Made by a program: the position numbers and the translations under genes
Shown here: positions 41,006-49,853 of the stretch, piece after piece
How the letters are laid out: every line of letters starts with the position of its first letter
How positions within the stretch are numbered: position 1 is the first letter of the stretch
NCBI GenBank assembly: GCA_021414205.1
Contig: JAIOOW010000002.1
Span: 340,171-404,170 of the forward strand
DNA from: Candidatus Anderseniibacteriota bacterium
Lineage (GTDB): Bacteria > Patescibacteriota > Andersenbacteria > UBA10190
Direction of reading: 5' to 3'
DNA: 64,000 nt
The notes under the pieces: model-generated
The model's database searches: none
Told to the model about the DNA's origin: nothing
What the model saw: only the letters and a program-made list of their open reading frames with translations

Positions 41006-41593
41006 TCAAGTACGCTCTTTGCCATACGATTCCACAAACGGCTTCGGGTCTTGCCACCATGAAAGCTTCGTTCTGCCTTCAAACGGGCGGAGCCATCCGG
41101 GCAATACCATGCCCGACCATGGGCCAATGTAGAGGCCAAAATGCAGATGTGCTAATTTCCAGAATCCATTTTCAGGAGATGCGCCCGGAGCAACTTCGCC
41201 GATCTTGTCGCCCATGCGAACCTCAGCCCCATCTTGCACAGCGAGGTTATACAAATGGCCGTAGACAGAATAAAATAACGCTCCAGTATCTTTATGAGTA
41301 TGCTCAATAATGACAATGCCTCCCCAATTTTTTTTCTGCTCTGACCCAAGTCGCATTTCAGCCCACACAACCCTGCCGTCGCCAGCACACGCAACTTCCG
41401 TACCAGGTTGAGTCAAAATATCATCGCCCAAATGCCGAGCAATGAGTATCATGCGGCTGCGAATTCGCTGCCCAAACTTGTATCCCGTAACGCTATACGG
41501 AGCAATAGGAAGCTTAAGCTGTGCTGTTTTTACGCCCATAGAAAAGATAAGATAACCAATACCACAATCAACAATACGGCAGCTATAGCCCAC
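41006..41593 (-). CDS. M23 family metallopeptidase
   Basis: HxxxD and HLH motifs (GTEVACAGDG...HLHFGLY); start may be the internal Met at 41536. Confidence 0.6.
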   Translation of the reverse strand: MGYSCRIVDCGIGYLIFSMGVKTAQLKLPIAPYSVTGYKFGQRIRSRMILIARHLGDDILTQPGTEVACAGDGRVVWAEMRLGSEQKKNWGGIVIIEHTHKDTGALFYSVYGHLYNLAVQDGAEVRMGDKIGEVAPGASPENGFWKLAHLHFGLYIGPWSGMVLPGWLRPFEGRTKLSWWQDPKPFVESYGKERT

Positions 41594-41623
41594 CCTACAA
41601 TAGAACGTACTGCGGCATTAAAA

Positions 41624-43147
41624 TCATTCGGCATAATTCTGGTGCATGGTTATTGATGCGCGAATAAGCTTATCATATTCCCTTGCGGAATATTCCCACG
41701 AAAAGTCTCTCCTCATTGCAGTTTTTTGGAGTTTTCGCCAGATGGTTTTATTTTGAAAATTTTCATACGCTCGAACAACCGCGATAAGTAGTGATGATGC
41801 GTCGAATTTCTCAAACACAAAACCGGTACTTTTTGCATTGCCGGGGTAGTAATCAATAACAGTGTCTGCCAACCCTCCTGTCTTTCTCACGATCGGAATC
41901 GTTCCGTAATGCATCGCTTCCATCTGAGTCAATCCCGATGGCTCGAAAAGCGACGGAATCAATACGGCGTCTGCGCCGGAAAATATCTTACGAGGAAGCT
42001 CATGATCGAAATGGAGCTGAGCGCCAACTCTTTCAGGAGACTCATCATGCAGTTCTTGGAAAAATTTCATATACTTCTCCTCACCTTCGCCAACAACCAC
42101 TAGTTGCATATTCAATTCTTGCAACAGTGACCTTAGTACGCCGTCCATCATAAGATCAAACCCCTTTTGCGTTGTTAGTCTGCTCACAATTGCAACCAAG
42201 AAAACATCTTTATTTTCTTCTATATTAAAGTATTGCTGAATAGCTACTTTATTATCCATTCTTTTCTCAAGAGCATCCACAGAAAATGTCTGAGTAATCA
42301 TTGGATCACGCAACGGATTCCACATCCCATAATCGATTCCGTTCAAAATACCGTATACCACCGATTTTTTCTCTCGCAGTATCGCATCCATCCCCTCGCC
42401 ATACTCTCCTTCCATTATTTCTCGCGAGTAGGTAGGAGAAACCGTATTAATAATATCGGAATACATAATTCCGCGACGCAATCCATTAATATGCATGAGA
42501 CGGGGATCATTAAGAGCAGGTACTGGGGAATGGCCGTCGTCGTACTCGGATTCTTGTATGTATTTATGATTAAACGTGCCCTGATACCCCAAATTGTGAA
42601 TAGAGAAGATTGTGGAGATCTTACTAAGTTTCGGATGCTCCTGATACATAGTTTTTAAGTAATTTGGCAAAAATCCTATTTGCCAATCAGTACATATAAT
42701 CACATCGGGCACCCAGTCGGATACTTTTAAAAACTCAAGAACTCCTCTACATAAAAGCGCCCAGCGGATCGGATCGTCTGCATATCCATATACGTTTGCT
42801 CGCTGTTCGTAATATTCCATATTCTCCAGAAAATACACCGTGGTAGGCTTTCCCTTTTCCGTATTCTTCGTATATTTTTTTACATTGCATACGATTTCAG
42901 TCCCCTCTTCATCATCAGTCGGAACTAATAACCCCTCATATTCCATGTGAATATTCTCCATATTTCCAATATCCAAATATCGCGGAATCATCACGCGAGC
43001 GTCATGCCCTAAAGCATTCAACGCTTTTGACAGCGAATGCATAACCGACCCCAGCCCTCCTACTTTTGCAAACGGATCAACTTCTGTTGAAACGAACAGA
43101 ATCTTACGTTTCTTATCCTTCGCAAACATTCGGATCATAGTACTCAT
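41624..43147 (-). CDS. glgA: Glycogen/starch synthase (GT5)
   Basis: N-terminal ILFVSTEVDPFAKVGGLGSVMHSLSKAL is the GlgA signature. Confidence 0.75.
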   Translation of the reverse strand: MSTMIRMFAKDKKRKILFVSTEVDPFAKVGGLGSVMHSLSKALNALGHDARVMIPRYLDIGNMENIHMEYEGLLVPTDDEEGTEIVCNVKKYTKNTEKGKPTTVYFLENMEYYEQRANVYGYADDPIRWALLCRGVLEFLKVSDWVPDVIICTDWQIGFLPNYLKTMYQEHPKLSKISTIFSIHNLGYQGTFNHKYIQESEYDDGHSPVPALNDPRLMHINGLRRGIMYSDIINTVSPTYSREIMEGEYGEGMDAILREKKSVVYGILNGIDYGMWNPLRDPMITQTFSVDALEKRMDNKVAIQQYFNIEENKDVFLVAIVSRLTTQKGFDLMMDGVLRSLLQELNMQLVVVGEGEEKYMKFFQELHDESPERVGAQLHFDHELPRKIFSGADAVLIPSLFEPSGLTQMEAMHYGTIPIVRKTGGLADTVIDYYPGNAKSTGFVFEKFDASSLLIAVVRAYENFQNKTIWRKLQKTAMRRDFSWEYSAREYDKLIRASITMHQNYAE

Positions 43148-44784
43148 TATACGCTCGGAAAATAGAGTTTGCTCATATATTCGCCAAGCATTCGAGTAGT
43201 CGTATAGCGTTCAAGAACAATGTTTCTTGTTTTCTTCATTTTCTCAATCCATGATCGGGGATACCCTTTCTCATCACGCGTATAAAATGCTGGAATAATC
43301 TCATGTTCAAGCATTGCATACAAAGAATCCGCAGTAACATCCGCATCGAGCGTCCAAAAACAATCCTCACTTGCCACTTCACCGAACCACCCGTCTGCCA
43401 CTGAACACTGCAACACTCCGTTAATAGACGCCTTCATACCGCTTGTTCCCGATGCCTCCATGCCAAACTCCGGCGTATTCAACCAAATATCCGCGCCCGA
43501 AACCAGATATTTAGACAATGCAAGAGAATAGCCAGGCACATACACTACTCTGCCGCCATCAATATTCTGCACCAACAGCATAAGCTGCTCCAATAAATCT
43601 CTTGCTGTTTGATCAAATCCATATGCGTTGCCAGAAAAAACAAGCGTAACTGGCCGATCAGCATTCTCAATAATAGCGCGTAGGCGATCTATATCTTGAA
43701 ATATGAGGAGCGGGCGCTTATATTCGGCGATTCTTCTCGCCCATACAATCACAAGTGAATCAGTATTTATGGATTGCCCCGTTCTTTCTTTTATTGCATA
43801 TGCTAATTCCTTCTTTCCCGCATTATGAATGCTCCAAAGATCTTCGTCACTTCCTACTGTGGATAACGCGGGCATCATCCATCTGCTTTTACTGACCCCG
43901 TTCGTAATAGGGATTAATGCCTGACATTCCGGGCACTGCCGCTGCTCGAACTCCGCATGCAAACGGCTTACCGCGCTCGTTCGGATACACGCTCGAAGAA
44001 GAAATTCCGTTGTAGAAAATGTATTCGGATCCATACTCTGCATTCCAAGACCAAAGAATTCACTATGGTCTACGGCGTGGTCTGTAAATAGCTTTCCGAA
44101 ATAGTGCTGGCTTTGCTCTTTGGAAAAAAACAGTCCTGCGCCCGGCAATATAGTGTGCTTCGTACCCACAAGCTTTGGCCGAACCTTAGTAAGCGCATCG
44201 GTAAAGGACTCTTCCCCAACACGCTCCTGGAGCGCCAGCGCAATGGCAGTAAAGCTCATATGCCCCTCATTAAGATGGTAGACATCCGGAGACAGACCAA
44301 GGGCATGAAACAGCTCAACACTCCCCATTCCAAGAATAATTTCTTGTGTCATGCGTTCATCAAATTCTTCCGGGTACAACAACGACGTGATATTTTTATC
44401 ACTATCAGCATTGTTTTCCGGAATATTCGTATCTAACAAATACAGACTTGCAAACCCCCATGATTTTTTCCAGGCCTGAGCGGATACTTCTCTCTCGCCA
44501 ACTAACACACGTATCACCACTCGTTTACCGCTGCCATCTTCCGCTAGGGCAAATCCAAAATCCCGAGGATCCACTTCGGTATTAGCATCTCCGCGAGGAG
44601 GATAGCTTGCAAACCCCTTTCTATCGAATAATCCAACCGCTGCAAATGGTATATCTTGTTCGCTAGCCTCGATTAAAATATCTCCTGCCAAAACTCCCAA
44701 TCCTCCTGCATAAATTGGCAATCGATCATCTATCGCATACTCAGCACAGATATATGCTACAAGCTTGCTACTTTCAGAAGACAT
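43147..44784 (-). CDS. glgP: Alpha-glucan (glycogen/maltodextrin) phosphorylase, GT35
   Basis: LVAYICAEYAIDDRLPIYAGGLGVLAGD at the N-terminus; overlaps glgA by 1 nt. Confidence 0.75.
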   Translation of the reverse strand: MSSESSKLVAYICAEYAIDDRLPIYAGGLGVLAGDILIEASEQDIPFAAVGLFDRKGFASYPPRGDANTEVDPRDFGFALAEDGSGKRVVIRVLVGEREVSAQAWKKSWGFASLYLLDTNIPENNADSDKNITSLLYPEEFDERMTQEIILGMGSVELFHALGLSPDVYHLNEGHMSFTAIALALQERVGEESFTDALTKVRPKLVGTKHTILPGAGLFFSKEQSQHYFGKLFTDHAVDHSEFFGLGMQSMDPNTFSTTEFLLRACIRTSAVSRLHAEFEQRQCPECQALIPITNGVSKSRWMMPALSTVGSDEDLWSIHNAGKKELAYAIKERTGQSINTDSLVIVWARRIAEYKRPLLIFQDIDRLRAIIENADRPVTLVFSGNAYGFDQTARDLLEQLMLLVQNIDGGRVVYVPGYSLALSKYLVSGADIWLNTPEFGMEASGTSGMKASINGVLQCSVADGWFGEVASEDCFWTLDADVTADSLYAMLEHEIIPAFYTRDEKGYPRSWIEKMKKTRNIVLERYTTTRMLGEYMSKLYFPSV

Positions 44785-44802
44785 GCGTTTGTATATATTG
44801 GA

Positions 44803-45411
44803 TTAACATCCGCACTTCCAAGCATTCCCAACTTTTCTGCATACATTTGGGCAGAATGTGGGACGGGGAGTTGGGTCGCTAATAGGAGTTATTGTCGGAC
44901 TAGGCGTTGGATCGCCTGTATGAGGAAGCGTAATAGAAACGTTGCAACTCGAAGGAGTGTAGTATCGCAGACTTCCCAACTTCATCCATCCAGAACCGGA
45001 GCGTACCCATCCACCCAAAAAGTCCGCTCGAACAGTACTACTACCTCCGTCGCTCCGCACAATATACCGACTTTCGGCAACACCAGCATTGTTCGTAATG
45101 GCAATCGTAGGATTTACAAATCCAACAGAACTATTTGTAGACCATACAATGCGCAAGCTATTTAGCTGCTCAGCAGATAGCGTCATTCCTGGAGCAGACA
45201 CCGTGGCCCGAACCTTTCCATCAGCAAACGAACAATCAAGTTTTGTTGTAATTTTTGCTTGAGTAATAGGCCTATTATCATGATACGCAGTCAGCGATAA
45301 CGACCCACTGTAAAACGTAACTAAAAATATTGCGACAGCAGCCAACGCGAGCGCAGTGCCCACCATCCATACTTGCTTCGTATTTTTTTGTTTATTTTTT
45401 GAACGCTTCAT
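44803..45411 (-). CDS. N-terminally anchored cell-surface protein with Cys-rich C-terminus, paralog of the gene at 48128-48622
   Basis: TM anchor, shared TKLxCSxAxDGxV segment, PT-rich tail ending CPNVCRKVGNAWKCGC. Confidence 0.45.
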   Translation of the reverse strand: MKRSKNKQKNTKQVWMVGTALALAAVAIFLVTFYSGSLSLTAYHDNRPITQAKITTKLDCSFADGKVRATVSAPGMTLSAEQLNSLRIVWSTNSSVGFVNPTIAITNNAGVAESRYIVRSDGGSSTVRADFLGGWVRSGSGWMKLGSLRYYTPSSCNVSITLPHTGDPTPSPTITPISDPTPRPTFCPNVCRKVGNAWKCGC

Positions 45412-45510
45412 GTCGGGTACTATAAAAAATTATTACAATCATTATACCACAAACAAAACACAAACCCCGCCTAAGGAGGCGGGGTGAGGTTCTTGTATTG
45501 AATTCCCTAA

Positions 45511-46584
45511 TTAGCCGAGGATTGCTTTTCGTACTACGAACGCAAGTCCAGATCCGCTAAATAGTGTAGAGAAGAGAAGTGTAGCAACTCCCTCGGCACC
45601 AGTCTTAGCAGTTACAGGAACTGCCTGCGGCGCTTGCTGGATTACTACAACCGGAGTCGGAACAACAACTACTGCAGAGGCAACCTTTCCTTTTGATACT
45701 GTCTTTGTAACAGTCTGCGTGTTGTTTTGTGTAACATTCACATCACCAGTATTGCTCTCGCTCTTGTTTTCGCTTGAGTTATTAGAACTGTTGTTCACGT
45801 TCAAGGAGATATTGTTATTGTTGATGTTGCAGTTCACGTTTGTGTTCTCAGCTACTACGAACACTTTCCCGTCTGTACACGTAACGGTAACCATTGTTGG
45901 AGTTGGAGTAGGTGTAGGTGTCGGAGTTGGCGTAGGAGTTGGAGTCGGTGTAGGTGTCGGAGTTGGTGTAGGAGTAGGAGTAGGAGTTGGAGTAGGTGTT
46001 GGAGTTGGTGTAGGAGTAGGAGTTGGAGTAGGTGTAGCGCATCCAGATCGATTCACCCATGTGAAGTCGTAAATTTTATGGTTACCTACTGCTCCATAGT
46101 TTTCTCCAACAGTCCATAATGTAGTTGAGGTGCAAGCATTAAGAGACGGAAGAATAAATGTTCCAGAAATATTTAACGTGTAATGAGATCGGTCATCACA
46201 TCGGAAACAGATCTTTCCCTGGCTCCATGTTTTCTGATCAAGCAAATGCCATTCTCCAGTATTTCCTACTGAAGATACTTTTCCTCCTGCAATATGCTCA
46301 TATACCTTAAGTGACGCAGAAGCTGGTTCGTTTCCACAGTTAATCCAGCTGTATCGAGCATCATACTGAACAGTGTTCGTAGAAACAGTTGAATCGTGCT
46401 GAGGAGACGCTACGAATAAATCTGGCGTGTACTGAGGATTAGTATCCGTTACGATCTGCTGGATACCGTTCGCATCAGCGTCTTTAGAAAAATTAATAAC
46501 AAACGCAAAACCGCTAAGAACAATAAGTGTTCCTAGGAGTACTGGCGCTGTCCAACGAGATAATTGTGCTTTGTTCATATACAA
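45511..46584 (-). CDS. Cell-surface protein: globular domain + (TP)n linker + Asn-rich region + C-terminal VTAKTG-TM-RK anchor/sorting signal
   Basis: Paralog of the gene at 48646-49668. C-terminus ...[35 protein letters not shown]. Confidence 0.55.
   Translation of the reverse strand: MYMNKAQLSRWTAPVLLGTLIVLSGFAFVINFSKDADANGIQQIVTDTNPQYTPDLFVASPQHDSTVSTNTVQYDARYSWINCGNEPASASLKVYEHIAGGKVSSVGNTGEWHLLDQKTWSQGKICFRCDDRSHYTLNISGTFILPSLNACTSTTLWTVGENYGAVGNHKIYDFTWVNRSGCATPTPTPTPTPTPTPTPTPTPTPTPTPTPTPTPTPTPTPTPTPTPTPTMVTVTCTDGKVFVVAENTNVNCNINNNNISLNVNNSSNNSSENKSESNTGDVNVTQNNTQTVTKTVSKGKVASAVVVVPTPVVVIQQAPQAVPVTAKTGAEGVATLLFSTLFSGSGLAFVVRKAILG
45895..46040. repeat. Hexanucleotide tandem repeat (about 24 units) encoding (Thr-Pro)n
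   Basis: ggagttgg/agtaggtgt-type units repeat throughout this stretch. Confidence 0.6.
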
Positions 46585-46744
46585 GAATTCCTCTACTTAA
46601 TAATTAAACTAACCTGCTATCGTATCTGATTTAGTATTTCTTGTCAAGTATTAAATCGTACTATATGTCAATAACTTATTATTTACCTCTATTAAGCTAT
46701 TATTTTGCAATGACATTCACTGCAAAGTATGATACAGTACGGGC

Positions 46745-48067
46745 ATGAAAAACATCCTTATAAGCGCTCTAGCAATCCTACTAGCCGCATGCACGGCCCA
46801 ATTCGCGCATGCCCAAACTGACGCTCAATCGATTATCGCATCGGCAGGAAATCAAGGTTCGCTATTATCGAGAATTTATGCCTCCGATGCAACAATAACC
46901 TCCTCACCGAATGATCATCACGTAACTGGCACAGTTCTCATCCGGAATAGCGAGAGCGCGACTGTCGGAAATATCCAATATGAAGTCATGTTGCTATCCC
47001 CTCTTCCACAAGCGCCGATAAATCAGCTTGTTACAGACTCGCCTGACGTATATGACAGGGTCCGATCCACGGAGGTACTTACATTAAAAGCAGGTGAGAA
47101 ACGAACAATTCCATTTTCTTACGAAGCGCCGAATGTACCGCAAGGTTCATACAGAATTAGAATCCAAATTGTTACCACAAACGACAGAAAACTTGGCTGG
47201 GACGATGCAACAGTCACGCTTGGAGGCGCCGATAGCTTTCTTATAGTCACCCCCACACACGTACTGGTAAAAAGTTCTGACCCTATTACGAAAGAATCGG
47301 GATCAACATGGGATCCTCTGTATGGAGTAAACGTAGACCCTCGTGCGCAAATCCAATTTGAGACAATCCTCAAAAATACGGGGACGCAGCAATTGTCGGG
47401 AACAATTATAACTAGCACAAAGAGGCTTCTTTACTCAGACCAACCACAAGACGTGGTAAATGAGCAATCAATCGCTATTCCAGGCAATACATCAAAGACT
47501 GTTACAATCCCCATCACAACCGAATCAAAGCCTGGCGCATACATCATATTATTAACAGTGGAAGATAAAGCGCATCATAAAATATCCGGTGTAGGAGAAT
47601 ACCGATACGTTGTACGAGGGCAAACAGCTTCTATCGTATCCGTTCAAGTTGCATCACTTCCATCGATAGAAAAAGATCTTGCTCAGCTTAGTTTCGTTCT
47701 TGGCGGATCCGCCGATCGCGCAACTCCCGTAGAAGGAACGCTTGCAATCGAAATCAATGACTCTAAAGGACAAGTAGGTTCTGCGGAGCAAGCATTTTCA
47801 ACAACCGGCGCAACGCCAATTACTGGAACAGCTCAGGTTACGATGCAAAAAGTATTATGCGGCACACCAACTGTACATATCTCCCTGAAAGCCAAGGACG
47901 GATCATTGCTCGATTCGTACGTAACAAGTGCTCCTGCGTTTGCAAACCCCTCCTGTAAACCATCTATTGCAACATACTTCACAAAGCCTGTTATAAACAC
48001 ACTTCTTGGAGTAATAGCCTTGGTCATTGTCGGCGTACTAATCAGAATACGCGTCACCCAGAAATAA
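46745..48067 (+). CDS. Secreted/anchored surface protein, paralog of the N-terminal half of the 857-aa protein
   Basis: Signal peptide; shared block with the 857-aa protein (...PQGSYRIRIQIVTTNDRKLGWDDATVTLGG versus SEGQYRIRLQIITNNGNEYGWDDAAITLG); C-terminal TM helix + basic tail. Confidence 0.5.
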   Translation: MKNILISALAILLAACTAQFAHAQTDAQSIIASAGNQGSLLSRIYASDATITSSPNDHHVTGTVLIRNSESATVGNIQYEVMLLSPLPQAPINQLVTDSPDVYDRVRSTEVLTLKAGEKRTIPFSYEAPNVPQGSYRIRIQIVTTNDRKLGWDDATVTLGGADSFLIVTPTHVLVKSSDPITKESGSTWDPLYGVNVDPRAQIQFETILKNTGTQQLSGTIITSTKRLLYSDQPQDVVNEQSIAIPGNTSKTVTIPITTESKPGAYIILLTVEDKAHHKISGVGEYRYVVRGQTASIVSVQVASLPSIEKDLAQLSFVLGGSADRATPVEGTLAIEINDSKGQVGSAEQAFSTTGATPITGTAQVTMQKVLCGTPTVHISLKAKDGSLLDSYVTSAPAFANPSCKPSIATYFTKPVINTLLGVIALVIVGVLIRIRVTQK

Positions 48068-48127
48068 TCGCCCATAACAAATCCCGGCTATTGCGCCGGG
48101 ATTATGCTGTTACAAAATGTATATTTA

Positions 48128-48622
48128 TTATTTTCCGCTTACTTGAGCTTCGCACGTTGCTGGATCGTACGTAACCGTAGCAAACGAACTCGAACCATCT
48201 GCAGATTTAGACTCTACGCTAAAGACATCTCCATTAAATGATGCAGTTGCGTTCGACGTGGTTGAAGCCGTAACTTTTGTTTGCGTCATGCCGTTAGCAT
48301 CTGTCACAGAAGATACCGGGAAGACAGTACCAGCAGAACTTGGCACGGCCCAATTAATAGTCTCACCCTTTAACACGCTTCCGTTTGGTAGTGACAGGGA
48401 GTTTCCATTTGTATTAGCTACAGAAAGCACTGCCGAGACCGTACCGTCGGCAGCCACGGAGCATGCGAGCTTAGTTGCTACTTTGCCATCCGAACCCGTA
48501 TACGATTTCGTGCCAAGCAACCCTCCGTACGAGGACGCTAAGTAGATAAGCACTATTGCCACAACTACTCCCCCTGCTATCATCAAATTTCTATTATTAT
48601 TTTGTGCGTTCTTTTTTGCCAT
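48128..48622 (-). CDS. N-terminally anchored cell-surface protein (paralog of the gene at 44803-45411)
   Basis: TM anchor + shared TKLACSVAADGTV segment; Ser/Thr-rich body. Confidence 0.45.
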   Translation of the reverse strand: MAKKNAQNNNRNLMIAGGVVVAIVLIYLASSYGGLLGTKSYTGSDGKVATKLACSVAADGTVSAVLSVANTNGNSLSLPNGSVLKGETINWAVPSSAGTVFPVSSVTDANGMTQTKVTASTTSNATASFNGDVFSVESKSADGSSSFATVTYDPATCEAQVSGK

Positions 48623-48645
48623 ATGAATATATTAATAGTAATAAT

Positions 48646-49668
48646 TTAGCTCTTCATTTGTTTTCGAATCGTATACGCTAACCCAAGACCGCCCACGGCA
48701 ACCAACCCAACAACTGCTGCAACACCTTCCGGACCAGTCTTAGCCGTAACATGAACAGGAGCGATAGTTGGTACTGGCGTTGGAGCAATCGTAGGTACTA
48801 CGGCAACTTTCTTTGTAACAGTCTTTTTAACTGTCTGAGTGTTCGTCTGTGTAACATTTACATCCCCAGTAGAACTTGAGCTGGAGTTAGAGCTGGAGTT
48901 ATTCGAGCTGTTATTAACACTTACGTTAATAACATTGTTTATATTATTACAATTAATATTATTGTTTGTTGTCGTGATTGTAATTTCTTTATCACCATCG
49001 ATACACGTTATTTCTGTAGGCGTCGGCGTTGGAGTAGGTGTCGGAGTCACAGTTGGAGTAGCACTCACTGTCGGGGTTGCCGTTGGAGTGCCTGTGGGAG
49101 TAGGCGTCGGCGTTGGAGTAGGTGTCGGCGTAGCGCATCCTGCCATATTCAACCACGTAAAGTCGTAGATAATTGCCTGGCGCCAAGACCCTTGAGTACT
49201 TGCGAGCGTCCAAAGAGTCGTAGATCCGCAAGCTTTAAGAGAATTGAGTGTAAATGTTCCCGTCAAGTTAAGCTCCAGAGGTTTTCGTTCGTCACATTGA
49301 TGACAACGCTTACCCTCTGATATAGCTTGCTGCCCCAGCTGTTTCCATGTACCAGAATTTGAAGTAACCTTACCGCCACCGTCTCGTTCGGAAACTCTTA
49401 ACAGCGCATTAGTAGGCTCGTTTCCGCAACTAATCCACGTAAATCGTGCCGCATATTTTACTACATTCGTAGTCAGCGTTGCATCATGTTGCGGAGAAGA
49501 CACAAACAACGTCGGACGCGCCTGTTGATTAGGATCCGTCGTGCTGTCATTAATTAATATAATTTGCTGTACTCCGTTTGCTTGTGCCGCATGCGTACCG
49601 TTCAACACGAAGGCAAACAATCCGACCAAAAGCAATAACGCGGACAGATATGTGAATGATTTATTCAT
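48646..49668 (-). CDS. Cell-surface protein with TP-rich linker, poly-Asn/Ser region and C-terminal VTAKTG-TM-RK signal
   Basis: Paralog of the gene at 45511-46584. C-terminus ...HVTAKTGPEGVAAVVGLVAVGGLGLAYTIRKQMKS. Confidence 0.55.
   Translation of the reverse strand: MNKSFTYLSALLLLVGLFAFVLNGTHAAQANGVQQIILINDSTTDPNQQARPTLFVSSPQHDATLTTNVVKYAARFTWISCGNEPTNALLRVSERDGGGKVTSNSGTWKQLGQQAISEGKRCHQCDERKPLELNLTGTFTLNSLKACGSTTLWTLASTQGSWRQAIIYDFTWLNMAGCATPTPTPTPTPTPTGTPTATPTVSATPTVTPTPTPTPTPTEITCIDGDKEITITTTNNNINCNNINNVINVSVNNSSNNSSSNSSSSSTGDVNVTQTNTQTVKKTVTKKVAVVPTIAPTPVPTIAPVHVTAKTGPEGVAAVVGLVAVGGLGLAYTIRKQMKS
49018..49135. repeat. Degenerate hexanucleotide repeat encoding PT-rich linker
   Basis: ggcgtcggcgttggagtaggtgtcgg-type repeats, less regular than those at 45895-46040. 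Confidence 0.5.
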
Positions 49669-49853
49669 AATTCATAATGAAAATAAACTATCTAATAATC
49701 TACAGATTATTATACCACAACTTCTTCATTTTCGATCATCAAACAAGAGCCAAACCAATAAAAGAATGACAGCAATCACTACAATTCCAGATACAATAGT
49801 CGGGATGCTTGCGGGATCCTCCAAATGCTCAGCAACTATTTCCCACACCATCC

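Noticed and set aside
45895-46040. Possible CRISPR array suggested by the regular short repeats
   Set aside because: Units are 6 nt, contiguous, spacer-less and in-frame within a coding region. These are (Thr-Pro)n codon repeats, not CRISPR.
45719-46072. Plus-strand ORFs encoding VGVGVG... / YSYSYT... polymers (45719-46072, 45848-46060, 48839-49168, 48992-49231, 50166-50631)
   Set aside because: These are alternative-frame or antisense readings of the (TP)n hexamer repeats inside the minus-strand surface-protein genes, not independent genes.
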